The notes beneath the pieces are model-generated. The model saw nothing but the letters and a program-made list of their open reading frames with translations. It was not told where the DNA came from and ran no database searches. From assembly GCA_021768085.1 (NCBI GenBank), contig JAETOJ010000013.1, positions 2,448 to 66,447 of the forward strand: a stretch of 64,000 nucleotides of DNA. Direction: 5' to 3'. Source of the stretch: Bacillota bacterium (lineage in GTDB: Bacteria > Bacillota > Clostridia > Oscillospirales > Oscillospiraceae). Shown here in pieces: positions 35,306 through 44,000 of the stretch (the stretch's first letter is position 1; each line of letters begins with the position of its first letter). Made by a program: the position numbers and the translations under genes.

Positions 35306-37027
35306 ATGGCAATGAAATACAATCGGCTGGGCGACATTCTGATCGAGAGCGGCGCCATCACAGAGGAACAACTCAAGAAGGCGCTGGAGATCCAGGCTGG
35401 CAGCGGCGAGCGCCTGGGCACGGTGCTGCAAGCCCACGGCTTCATCACGGAAAAGCAGCTCATTGACACGCTGATGAACCAGCTGGGTGTGGAGTACATA
35501 GACCTGAACTCCCTGTCCATCCCGTCGGAGATGGCCCAGATCCTGCCCAAGAACGTGGCCAAGAAACACATGGTGGTGCCCGTGAAGGCCACCCGCACGG
35601 ACGTACACCTGGCCATGGCTGACCCGCTGAACTTCGTGGCGGTGGAGGAGGTGCGGGCCATTACCCGCCGGCGGGTGATCCCGCTGATCGCCACCACCGC
35701 CGCCGTGGAGCGGGCGGTGCAGAACTTGTACAGCAACCAAGGAGCCATGCGTGCCATCGAGGAGATGCAGCGGGATCTGATCGGCGGGCAGTACGGCTCC
35801 AACGCTCTGGCGTCCGCTGGAACCCAGAGCGTAACGGTGGACGAGGACGAGGCGGACGCTGCCCCCGCCATCCGCCTGGTGAACTCTATCATTGACCGGG
35901 CTTACACCGAGCGGGCCAGTGATATCCACATGGAGCCCGGCGAGGATCACATGAAGATCCGGATGCGGATCGATGGGACGCTGCGCACCATCATTCAGGT
36001 GCCCCGGGAGCTGCAAAACTCCGTGATCTCCCGCATGAAGATCATGGCGCGGATGGATATTGCCCAGAAACAGATCCCCCAGGACGGCCGGGCCAACGTC
36101 ACCGTCCAGCAGGAGACGCTGGATCTGCGTATCTCCACCCTGCCCACCACCTACGGAGAAAAGGTGGTAGTGCGTCTGCTGCGCAAGACGGCGGAGTTGT
36201 CCACCCTGGACGGCATCGGCCTGCAGGGGGAGAACCGGGAGCGGTTCCTGCGACTACTGGACAACACCACCGCCGGCGTGATCCTCATGGTGGGGCCCAC
36301 CGGCTCGGGTAAGACCTCCACCCTGTATACCATGATCCAGCGGCTGAAAAGCGAGGAAGTGAACCTGGTTTCCCTGGAGGATCCGGTGGAGTACTACATC
36401 GAAGGGGCCTGCCAGGTGCAGATCAACGAAAAGACAGGGCTGACCTTCGCCAATGTGCTGCGCTCCGTGCTGCGGCAGGATCCGGACATCATCGCCGTGG
36501 GCGAGATCCGGGACGGTGAGACCGCCGAGATCGCCATGCGGGCCGCCATGACGGGCCACCTGGTGCTGTCTACGGTACATACCAACAACGCCGTCTCCTC
36601 CATCGACCGTCTGCTGGATATCGGTGTGGAGCCCTACCTCATCGCCGGGGCGGTGAAGGGGATCATCTCCCAGCGGCTGGTGCGCAAGGTGTGCCCCCAC
36701 TGCCGCAAGGCGTATACGCCCAGCGAGGAGGAGCTGGCCCTCATGGGGCTGGAGCATTCGTCGGCGCCCGTCCAGTTCTACCGGGGCACAGGCTGCGGTG
36801 AGTGCTTCAATACCGGCTACCGGGGGCGCACCGGCGTGTTTGAGATCCTCAACGTCACCCCTGCCATTCGCCATGCCATCCATTCCCGATCCATTGCCAA
36901 GCTGGAGGAGGCGGTGGGGCAGGCCGACTTCCAGCCCATCTGGGAGGATTGCCGCCGCCTGGTGCTGGAGGGTGCCACCTCCGCCGAGGAGGTGCACCGC
37001 GTCCTGGGCGGACAGGTGGTCTATTGA
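35306..37027 (+). CDS. pilB: Type IV pilus extension ATPase (GspE/PilB family)
   Basis: N-terminal MshEN-like RLGDILIESGAITEEQLKKALEIQ...RLGTVL; ASDIH; Walker A GPTGSGKT; LRQDPD; tetracysteine CPHC...CGEC. Confidence 0.95.
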   Translation: MAMKYNRLGDILIESGAITEEQLKKALEIQAGSGERLGTVLQAHGFITEKQLIDTLMNQLGVEYIDLNSLSIPSEMAQILPKNVAKKHMVVPVKATRTDVHLAMADPLNFVAVEEVRAITRRRVIPLIATTAAVERAVQNLYSNQGAMRAIEEMQRDLIGGQYGSNALASAGTQSVTVDEDEADAAPAIRLVNSIIDRAYTERASDIHMEPGEDHMKIRMRIDGTLRTIIQVPRELQNSVISRMKIMARMDIAQKQIPQDGRANVTVQQETLDLRISTLPTTYGEKVVVRLLRKTAELSTLDGIGLQGENRERFLRLLDNTTAGVILMVGPTGSGKTSTLYTMIQRLKSEEVNLVSLEDPVEYYIEGACQVQINEKTGLTFANVLRSVLRQDPDIIAVGEIRDGETAEIAMRAAMTGHLVLSTVHTNNAVSSIDRLLDIGVEPYLIAGAVKGIISQRLVRKVCPHCRKAYTPSEEELALMGLEHSSAPVQFYRGTGCGECFNTGYRGRTGVFEILNVTPAIRHAIHSRSIAKLEEAVGQADFQPIWEDCRRLVLEGATSAEEVHRVLGGQVVY

Positions 37028-37042
37028 GAGGAGGAGACAGCC

Positions 37043-38146
37043 TTGACGATAACACAGCTGATCGAGAAGGCCCGGGCAGACCGGGCGTCCGATGTGCATT
37101 TGGTGTGCGGACTCACCCCCCGGTACCGGGTGGACGGCTCCATCCGGGAAATGGGCGGGGAACGGCTCACCCCGGAGCAGTGCCTGGACTACGTCCGGGA
37201 GCTGGCCGGCGAACAGTTCGACGCCATGGTGGAGGTGGGCGAGGCCGACCTGGCCAAGACGCTGGCCGGGGTGCGCTGCCGTCTGAACCTGTTCCGGCAG
37301 CAGGGAAACTGGTCTGCCGCCATCCGCCTGCTCAATGAGCACATACCCGATATGTCCGAGCTGGGCCTGCCCAAGGCAGTGCAGGAGTTCCCCGGCTACA
37401 GCCAGGGCCTGGTGCTCATCACCGGGGAGACCGGGTCGGGCAAGTCCACCACCCTGGCCGCCGTGCTCAATGAGATCAACAAAACCCAGACGAAGCACAT
37501 CCTCACCCTGGAGGATCCGGTGGAGTACGTCTACACCCCCGACAAGTGCGTCATCAACCAGCGGGAGGTGGGTAAGGACACCCGCTCCTTTGCCGCCGGG
37601 CTGCGGGCCGCCCTCCGGGAGGATCCCGACGTGATCCTGGTGGGCGAGATGCGCGACCTGGAAACCATCGAAACTGCCCTCACCGCCGCCGAGACGGGAC
37701 ACCTGGTGTTCGGCACCGTCCACACCAACTCCGCCGCCGACTCCATCGACCGCGTGGTGGACGTGTTCCCCGCCGAGCGGCAGCAGCAGATCCGCCTCCA
37801 GCTGTCCATGACGCTGAAGGCCGTGCTGTCCCAGCAGCTGCTGCCCAGGGCCTCGGGCAAGGGCCGGGTGCTGGCCTGCGAGGTGATGAAAACCGATGGC
37901 GCCATCCGAAACCTCATCCGGGAGGGCAAAACCCCCCAGATCATCAACTCTATCCAGACCACCGGCTCCATCGGCAACATCCTCATGGAGCGGGCCCTGC
38001 AAAACCTGCTCAACGCCGGAACCATCACCCGAGAGACCTATGAGCAGGCCCTGCCTGGGGGCACCGTTCAGGCTAAGGACATGGGGATGGCCGGAGGGCC
38101 CGGCCAGAACCAGCGCCGCGGCTTCGGCCAGAGCCTGGGCTTGTAA
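37043..38146 (+). CDS. pilT: Type IV pilus retraction ATPase
   Basis: GETGSGKSTT, LEDPVE, INQREVG, ALREDPD, AETGHLVFGTVHT and AIRNLIRE motifs. Confidence 0.96.
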   Translation: MTITQLIEKARADRASDVHLVCGLTPRYRVDGSIREMGGERLTPEQCLDYVRELAGEQFDAMVEVGEADLAKTLAGVRCRLNLFRQQGNWSAAIRLLNEHIPDMSELGLPKAVQEFPGYSQGLVLITGETGSGKSTTLAAVLNEINKTQTKHILTLEDPVEYVYTPDKCVINQREVGKDTRSFAAGLRAALREDPDVILVGEMRDLETIETALTAAETGHLVFGTVHTNSAADSIDRVVDVFPAERQQQIRLQLSMTLKAVLSQQLLPRASGKGRVLACEVMKTDGAIRNLIREGKTPQIINSIQTTGSIGNILMERALQNLLNAGTITRETYEQALPGGTVQAKDMGMAGGPGQNQRRGFGQSLGL

Positions 38147-38161
38147 AGGAGGCGCGCCGTC

Positions 38162-39370
38162 ATGCCCACATATAAATACGAGGGGGCCTATGCCGGAGGC
38201 GAGAAGGTATCCGGCGTGGTGGAGGCCGCCAGCCGCCAGGAGGCGGTGGCCCAGATCCGCCAGAACTGCGAGATCGTGCTCAGCCTGAAGGAGATCCCCA
38301 AGTCCTTCACCCAGCGGCCCGCCGCCGCCATGATGCAGAAGATCAGCCCCAAGGCCCTGGCCCTGGCCTGCCAGCAGTTTGCCATCGTGCTCAAGGCGGG
38401 CCTGCCCCTGGTGCAGACCGTGGATCTGGTGGCGGGACAGTGCAGCGACAAGGCCCTCCAGCGCCTGCTGCGGCAGGTGTCCGAGGACGTGTCCAACGGC
38501 TGGAGCCTGAGCTACAGCCTGGATCAGCGGGGGGGTAAGCTGCCCGTCACCTTCCGGGAGACCATCCGCGCCGGCGAGGAGTCCGGCGACCTGATCTCCG
38601 CCTTCGACCGGATGGCCAAGTACTACGACCGCACCGCCAAAACCCACGCCAAGGCCATCAGCACCATGACCTATCCCGCCTTCGTCATCGTGGTGGCGGT
38701 GGTGGTGGTGTTCGTCATCATGAAATACGCCGTGCCCGCGTTCATCAGCACCTTCGCCGACATGGACGTGGAGCTGCCCGCCGTCACGGTGGGGCTCATC
38801 GCCGTGTCCAACTTCTTCGCCAGATTCGGCGTGCTGGTGCTGGCGGTGCTGGTGGCCATCATTGCCGCGTGCTGGCTCTACAGCCGCACCGAGAAGGGTG
38901 GACTGCTATTTAGCCGCCTGCGGCTGGGTTTGCCCGTGCTGGGCGAGATCGGCCGCATGGCCGGAGCCAGCCAGTTCGCCCACACCATGTCCGCCATGCT
39001 GGCCGCCGGCGTGCCTATTTTGCAGTCCATCGCCGTGTCCAGCCGATCCATGTCCAGCCTGGTGATGGCCCAGGAGGTCATGGAAAGCGTGGCCGGGGTG
39101 GAGGCGGGCCGGGGTCTGGGCGACAGCATGGCGGGCGCCCGGGAGCTGCCCCAGATGCTCATCCAGATGACCGCCGTGGGCGAGAGCGCCGGCGCGTTGG
39201 AGTCCACGCTGAACGTGCTGGCGGAGTACTACGACAACGAGGTGGACGTGCGCACCGAACGGGCGCTGGCCCTGCTGGAGCCCATCATCATTGTCTGCCT
39301 GGCGGTGTTCGTGGTGCTCATCCTGTTCGCGGTGTATCTGCCGCTGTTCAGCCTCTATAACAACATCTGA
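38162..39370 (+). CDS. pilC: Type IV pilus platform protein (T2SS-F family)
   Basis: Two T2SSF repeats (AGEESGDL; VGESAGAL) and three TM segments. Confidence 0.93.
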   Translation: MPTYKYEGAYAGGEKVSGVVEAASRQEAVAQIRQNCEIVLSLKEIPKSFTQRPAAAMMQKISPKALALACQQFAIVLKAGLPLVQTVDLVAGQCSDKALQRLLRQVSEDVSNGWSLSYSLDQRGGKLPVTFRETIRAGEESGDLISAFDRMAKYYDRTAKTHAKAISTMTYPAFVIVVAVVVVFVIMKYAVPAFISTFADMDVELPAVTVGLIAVSNFFARFGVLVLAVLVAIIAACWLYSRTEKGGLLFSRLRLGLPVLGEIGRMAGASQFAHTMSAMLAAGVPILQSIAVSSRSMSSLVMAQEVMESVAGVEAGRGLGDSMAGARELPQMLIQMTAVGESAGALESTLNVLAEYYDNEVDVRTERALALLEPIIIVCLAVFVVLILFAVYLPLFSLYNNI

Positions 39371-39508
39371 GGGGCGCGGCCCCCATCCAACCGCTTTTTG
39401 CCTTGCCGCCCGTTGGCAAGTGAAAAAGATATTCCCCGGCTTCGCCAACCCGGTCGGTGAATATATAGAAATCCTGATTCAGGAAGGAAAGGAGGAAAAT
39501 TTCCTGAT

Positions 39509-39979
39509 ATGAATGGGTTGAGGGAAAAATTCCGTAATAAGAAAGGCTTTACGCTGATTGAGATGCTGATCGTGGTGGCGATTATCGCCATTTTGATCGC
39601 TGTGTCTATTCCGCTGGTGTCCAATGCGCTGGAGAAAACAAAGCATGCTACCGATGCGGCCAACGAGCGAGCTGCGAAAGCGGAGTTTATGGTTCAATAT
39701 CTTTCGGATGCAGATGCTACTATTGATGGAGCTAAGGGCAAAATCTCCATCGACACCGCATATTTTTATGATGCGCCTAATGGATCCTTAGTAACTACAG
39801 GGCCAAAGGTTTCCAAGGCATATGGACAGCATGGGGATCATGTAAACAAATATTTAGCCATTGGGATAAATGATAAAGGCGAAGTAAAAATGATTTGGAC
39901 GACTTCAAATGGCGGCACAGCTTTTACTAATTTGACGAATACGGGGTTGTGCAGCAATCAAGAAGTGAACCATAGCTAA
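39509..39979 (+). CDS. Type IV major pilin 1
   Basis: NKKG/FTLIEMLIVVAIIAILIAVSIP; strong AAAGGAGG RBS. Confidence 0.92.
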   Translation: MNGLREKFRNKKGFTLIEMLIVVAIIAILIAVSIPLVSNALEKTKHATDAANERAAKAEFMVQYLSDADATIDGAKGKISIDTAYFYDAPNGSLVTTGPKVSKAYGQHGDHVNKYLAIGINDKGEVKMIWTTSNGGTAFTNLTNTGLCSNQEVNHS

Positions 39980-40226
39980 CTAATCAGCCATAAGCCAAAC
40001 GAAAAAACCAAACACAATCCCTCAGCCAAGACCTGGGTTGGCGAACCGTAAGGCTGGGGGAGCGTACCCGTCAAACGGGAGAACAACTGAATCTCCTTCC
40101 CACGGAAGGCACAAAGCAATTGCTTTGTCGTCTACCCGTGGGTAGACGATGGGAACCTCCCCCAAGAAAATTTGGGCGGCAGGCCCCGCGATGCCCGGCC
40201 TGTCCCAAGAAAAGGAGAAGATTTTC

Positions 40227-40697
40227 ATGAAGAACCTGAAAGCGAAGCTGCGCAAGAACGGCGGCTTTACTCTGATCGAAATGCTGATCGTGGTGGCGAT
40301 TATTGCCATTTTGGTGGCGGTGTCCATTCCGCTGGTAAGCAACGCTTTGGAAAGAACCCGTCATGCCACCGACGAAGCTAATGAACGTGCCGCAAAGGCC
40401 GAGCTGTTAGTGCAATATTTGGCTGATGAGGATGCAACTATTGATAACAAAAATGATCAGAAGATAGGGGTTGGCACGGTTTACTACTACAATGCCGCAA
40501 CGGGCGGTATTGAAACCACACCCAACAGCATCACTCCTTATGGTAAACACCATCATGATAATGCATACCTTGCTCTTAAAATCGATGACACTGGGAGGGT
40601 ATCGATGTTTTGGGCATCTGCCGCGGCAGGCGTTGATGGGAATACGAGTTGGGATGGCAATCTGTGCGGCGGAAAAGATGTCGCAAATTGTAAGTAA
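40227..40697 (+). CDS. Type IV major pilin 2
   Basis: RKNGG/FTLIEMLIVVAIIAILVAVSIP; AAGGAG RBS; C-terminal Cys pair (NLCGGKDVANCK). Confidence 0.92.
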   Translation: MKNLKAKLRKNGGFTLIEMLIVVAIIAILVAVSIPLVSNALERTRHATDEANERAAKAELLVQYLADEDATIDNKNDQKIGVGTVYYYNAATGGIETTPNSITPYGKHHHDNAYLALKIDDTGRVSMFWASAAAGVDGNTSWDGNLCGGKDVANCK

Positions 40698-40755
40698 TTA
40701 TAGGTTCATTCCGGGATCTATTTATATCCACAGGCACCCGTGCCACCCGCGCGGG

Positions 40756-40799
40756 CGCCCTCCAAAGCCCGCCGCCTCGGGGGCGGGTTTTGGAGGGCG
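40756..40799 (+). terminator. Hairpin downstream of the pilin genes
   Basis: cgccctccaaagcccgcc...ggcgggttttggagggcg. Confidence 0.6.
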
Positions 40800-40896
40800 G
40801 ACGCCCAACCTCCGCCCTGACCTTCCTCCAGGCCCCGCCGTCCCCCACGGCGGGGCCCCGGGGGACAAAAAACCTTTTGTGTATTTCCTGTGCGGC

Positions 40897-40964
40897 GGGC
40901 CGGTGAGGACACCGGCCCCTACAACCGGGGCCATATCCGTAGGGGCCGATGTCCCCATCGGCCC
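40897..40964. repeat. Inverted pair of GTAG-type REP-like elements
   Basis: gggccggtgaggacaccggcccctac (reverse complement gtaggggccggtgtcctcaccggccc) and gtaggggccgatgtccccatcggccc. Confidence 0.75.
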
Positions 40965-41007
40965 TTGCCATCCTCGCCGCTTTATGTTAAGCTAAAGGAG
41001 ACCCGCC

Positions 41008-41784
41008 ATGAACCCGGACGCCCTGCTGACAATTTATCTCTGCGTATGGCTCTTTGTGGCCGGGGCGGTGCTGGGCAGCTTCCTGGACTGCGCCGTGTGG
41101 CGCTGGGCCCGGGGGGAGGCCATGTTCCGGGGGCGCTCCCACTGCGGCTCCTGCGGGAAAACCCTGTCCCCCCGGGAGCTGGTGCCGGTGCTGTCCTACC
41201 TGTTTTCCCGGGGAAAGTGCCGCCACTGCGGGGCGAAGATCCCGGCGGAGTGCCTGTGGGCGGAGCTGGCGGGGGGTGTGGGCTTTGTGTGCTTCGGTGT
41301 GAAGTTTGGCCTGTCCCTGGAGCTGGCCCAGTGGCTGGTTTTGGGGGCGCTGCTGCTGGCGGTGGCCCTGACGGACGGGGCGAAGCAGATCATCCCCGAC
41401 CGGCTGCTGGTGGCCATGGCGGCCAACCGGATCGTGTGGCTGTTTGCGCTGCGGCAGCCCCTGTGGGACACGGGTAAGGGGATGCTGATCAGCTGCCTTG
41501 TGCCGGCGGCGCTGCTGGCCTTTGTGCTGCTGGCGGAAAAGGTGATGAAGAAGGAGGCCATGGGCGGCGGCGACATCAAGCTGCTGCTGGCGCTGGCGCT
41601 GTACCTGAGCTGGCCGGAGCTGCTGCTGACGCTGCTGCTGGGCTGTGTGCTGGGCATACTGGCGGCGGTGGCGGGGCGGAACCGGGGCCCGTTTCCCTTT
41701 GGGCCCAGCCTGGCCGCAGCGGCGGTGTTGGCGGCGTGCTTCGGCGGGCCGCTGGTGGACTGGTACCTGGGCCTGCTTGGGTAG
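41008..41784 (+). CDS. pilD: Prepilin peptidase / N-methyltransferase
   Basis: RSHCGSCG...GKCRHCG Zn sites; LTDG...IIPD; MGGGDIKL; PFPFGPSL. Confidence 0.93.
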   Translation: MNPDALLTIYLCVWLFVAGAVLGSFLDCAVWRWARGEAMFRGRSHCGSCGKTLSPRELVPVLSYLFSRGKCRHCGAKIPAECLWAELAGGVGFVCFGVKFGLSLELAQWLVLGALLLAVALTDGAKQIIPDRLLVAMAANRIVWLFALRQPLWDTGKGMLISCLVPAALLAFVLLAEKVMKKEAMGGGDIKLLLALALYLSWPELLLTLLLGCVLGILAAVAGRNRGPFPFGPSLAAAAVLAACFGGPLVDWYLGLLG

Positions 41785-41804
41785 AAATTGAGGGAGGACT
41801 GGAC

Positions 41805-42785
41805 ATGGGGAAGATCAAGGTGGGCTTCGATATCGGCGGAAGCTCCATGAAGGTGGCGGCGGTTCAGGGGAACGGCTTCCGGGTGGAGACGGTGCGCCTG
41901 CCGGAGAAGCTGGTGGACGAGAACGGGATCACGATGCCCAACGCGTTCACCCAGTTTTTGAAGCAGACGGTAAAGGAGCTGCGGCTGCCCCATGGGCCGG
42001 CGGCGCTGGCGCTGCCTGCCAGCCAGGTGATCTGCCGCCTGGTGAGTATGCCGGAGATGAGCCAGGAGCAGTTGCTGATGAACCTGCCCTATGAGTTTGC
42101 GGACTTCATCCAGGGCGCGCCGGATCAGTACCATTGCGACTACGCCATGTGCGACCGGCTGGAGGGCGACGAGGAGGGCTCCATGCCCATGATGGCGGCG
42201 GTGGCCTCCAAGCGGCAGCTGGAGGCGTACATCCGGATGTTTGCCAAGGCGGGGGTGCGGCTGAAGAAGCTGGTGCCCCAGGAGATGGCGCTGATTGAGC
42301 TGTGCCGGGCCCAGCCTGCCGGGGAGGGGCCGGGGGAGTATTGCATTGTGGACTTGGGCCACCAGCAGACGCGGATCACGGTGGTGTTAGGGGATCGGGT
42401 GCAGGCCACCCGGCGGCTGAACTTCGGCGGGCGGGACATGGATCTGGCCGTGGCGGAGGAGCTGGGGGTGGACGCCTTCCTGGCGGGCACCTACAAGATG
42501 GCGGGGCAGCAGGCTGCCCTGTCGGTGCCGGCGGTGGCGGACGTGTGCGAGCGGCTGGCGGTAGAAATCCTGAAGGTGGTGAACTTCTACCAGTTTACCT
42601 ATCGCTCCAGCAATCTGACGGGGGTGTATCTGGTGGGGGGCGGCGCGGGGCTGGAGCCCCTGCGGGACGCCATTGAGAACACAGCGGGGCTGACGCTGCT
42701 GGATCCGGGGACGCTGCTGTCCGCGGCGTCCGGCACGGCGGCGGACGGCATCTTCGCGGCGGGCGCCGCCATGGGAGGGGTATGA
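41805..42785 (+). CDS. pilM: PilM-like actin-fold pilus assembly protein
   Basis: VGFDIGGSSMK, IVDLGHQQT, YLVGGGA motifs. Confidence 0.85.
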   Translation: MGKIKVGFDIGGSSMKVAAVQGNGFRVETVRLPEKLVDENGITMPNAFTQFLKQTVKELRLPHGPAALALPASQVICRLVSMPEMSQEQLLMNLPYEFADFIQGAPDQYHCDYAMCDRLEGDEEGSMPMMAAVASKRQLEAYIRMFAKAGVRLKKLVPQEMALIELCRAQPAGEGPGEYCIVDLGHQQTRITVVLGDRVQATRRLNFGGRDMDLAVAEELGVDAFLAGTYKMAGQQAALSVPAVADVCERLAVEILKVVNFYQFTYRSSNLTGVYLVGGGAGLEPLRDAIENTAGLTLLDPGTLLSAASGTAADGIFAAGAAMGGV

Positions 42786-42786
42786 C

Positions 42787-43347
42787 ATGGGGAAAAAGCT
42801 GAAAAGCGCCCCCACCAAGCGGAGCATGAACCTGTACTTCAAGCCCGACCGCACCACCAAGCCGGCCACAGTGGCGCTGTATACGCTATTTGTGGTGGTG
42901 GTGCTGCTGGGCTTGTCCAAGGTGCTGGTGTACGATCTGTGGGTGAAGGTGGACGGGGCGCGCACGGCGCTGGCGGCGGTGGAGAGCCGGTTGGACGGGG
43001 TGATGGAGGAGCTGTCCGACTACTCGGAGGTAAAGGAGAAGTACCAGCGGTATTCCGCCACCGACGAGGAGCGGGAGCTCATTGACCGCATGGAGGTGCT
43101 GGCTCTGCTGGACGAAGCCATCGGCTCCACCGGGCAGTTGAGCAGCGTGGCGGTGAACGGCCAGGTGGTACAGGTGCAGTTCAGCCAGGTGACCCTGGCC
43201 CAGACGGCGGAGATCGTCCGGCGGCTGGAGGAGTCCCCCATTGTGGAGCGCACCACGGTAAACACGGCGGCCACCACGGAGGAGAACGGGGATCTGGTGT
43301 CGGCCAGCATCCTGATCCAGCTTCAGAAGGAGGGAGAGGGCGAATGA
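42787..43347 (+). CDS. PilN-like alignment protein
   Basis: N-terminal MNLYFKP motif, one TM helix, coiled coil; position after pilM. Confidence 0.7.
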   Translation: MGKKLKSAPTKRSMNLYFKPDRTTKPATVALYTLFVVVVLLGLSKVLVYDLWVKVDGARTALAAVESRLDGVMEELSDYSEVKEKYQRYSATDEERELIDRMEVLALLDEAIGSTGQLSSVAVNGQVVQVQFSQVTLAQTAEIVRRLEESPIVERTTVNTAATTEENGDLVSASILIQLQKEGEGE

Positions 43348-43883
43348 AACGGCAGTTGACGGCCCGGGAGCTCATTCTGCTGGGGATGCTGCTGGTGCTG
43401 GTGCTGGTGGGCGGCTATGTGATGCTGTACTATATGCCCATGACAGCAGAGCTGGATCGGCTGGAGCAGGAGAAGCTCTCCTGTGAGGATCAGCTGGCAG
43501 TGGCCCAGATCCAGGTGGAGGACAAGCGCCGCATGGAGCGGGAGCTGGAGGAGATCTTCGCGGCCAACCCCAATCCACTGAGCATTGCGCCCTATGACAA
43601 CCTCCAACCGGTGATGTTCGAGCTGAACGGCATTTTGCAGTCCACGCCGGAGTACTCCCTGTCCTTCGGCACGGTGAATACAGAGGAGACCATCGTCCGG
43701 CGGCAGATCCTGCTGAGCTACACCAGCGGCAGCTATGAGGCGGCCAAGCGGGTGCTCCAGCAGCTCCACGACAGTGCCTACCGCTGTATGCTGGACAACG
43801 TGAGCATCTCCATCGGGGAGCGGGACGAGGGGAACGTGTCGGTGAGCGCATCTCTGGTGTTCTTCGAGTATCAACAAGGATAA
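43344..43883 (+). CDS. PilO/GspM-like alignment protein
   Basis: LTARELILLG, one TM helix, coiled coil, ferredoxin-like C-terminus; position after PilN-like gene. Confidence 0.7.
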   Translation: MKRQLTARELILLGMLLVLVLVGGYVMLYYMPMTAELDRLEQEKLSCEDQLAVAQIQVEDKRRMERELEEIFAANPNPLSIAPYDNLQPVMFELNGILQSTPEYSLSFGTVNTEETIVRRQILLSYTSGSYEAAKRVLQQLHDSAYRCMLDNVSISIGERDEGNVSVSASLVFFEYQQG

Positions 43884-43888
43884 CGATC

Positions 43889-43925
43889 CGGGGACAGGCG
43901 GGGGCCTGTCCCCGGCGCTTTTTGG
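43889..43925 (+). terminator. Terminator ending the pilus operon
   Basis: gggacaggc-gggg-gcctgtccc followed by a T-tract. Confidence 0.65.
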
Positions 43926-44000
43926 AAAGCGGTTGTTTTATGTCCCCGGTTGTGGTATAGTGTCGGGGCTGAACTATTTCAACCAAAAAAGGAGCAAGTC

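Noticed and set aside
36254-38647. 797-aa minus-strand ORF, and similar long ORFs at 15975-18026 (+), 9675-11150 (-), 13497-14861 (+) and 41196-42362 (-)
   Set aside because: All lie antisense to well-supported genes and show no family motifs.
39371-40226. c-di-GMP-I/II, ZTP or c-di-AMP riboswitch upstream of the pilins
   Set aside because: Only fragments of the consensus words are present; the diagnostic cores (GACGCAAAG, GCAACC pseudoknot, CGCCTGGGCA, CCCGxCAGCTAAC) are missing.
26056-43883. Competence (Com) pilus or T2SS
   Set aside because: PilT and PilMNO are present, with no comEA/comEC/comGA-type context and no secretin.
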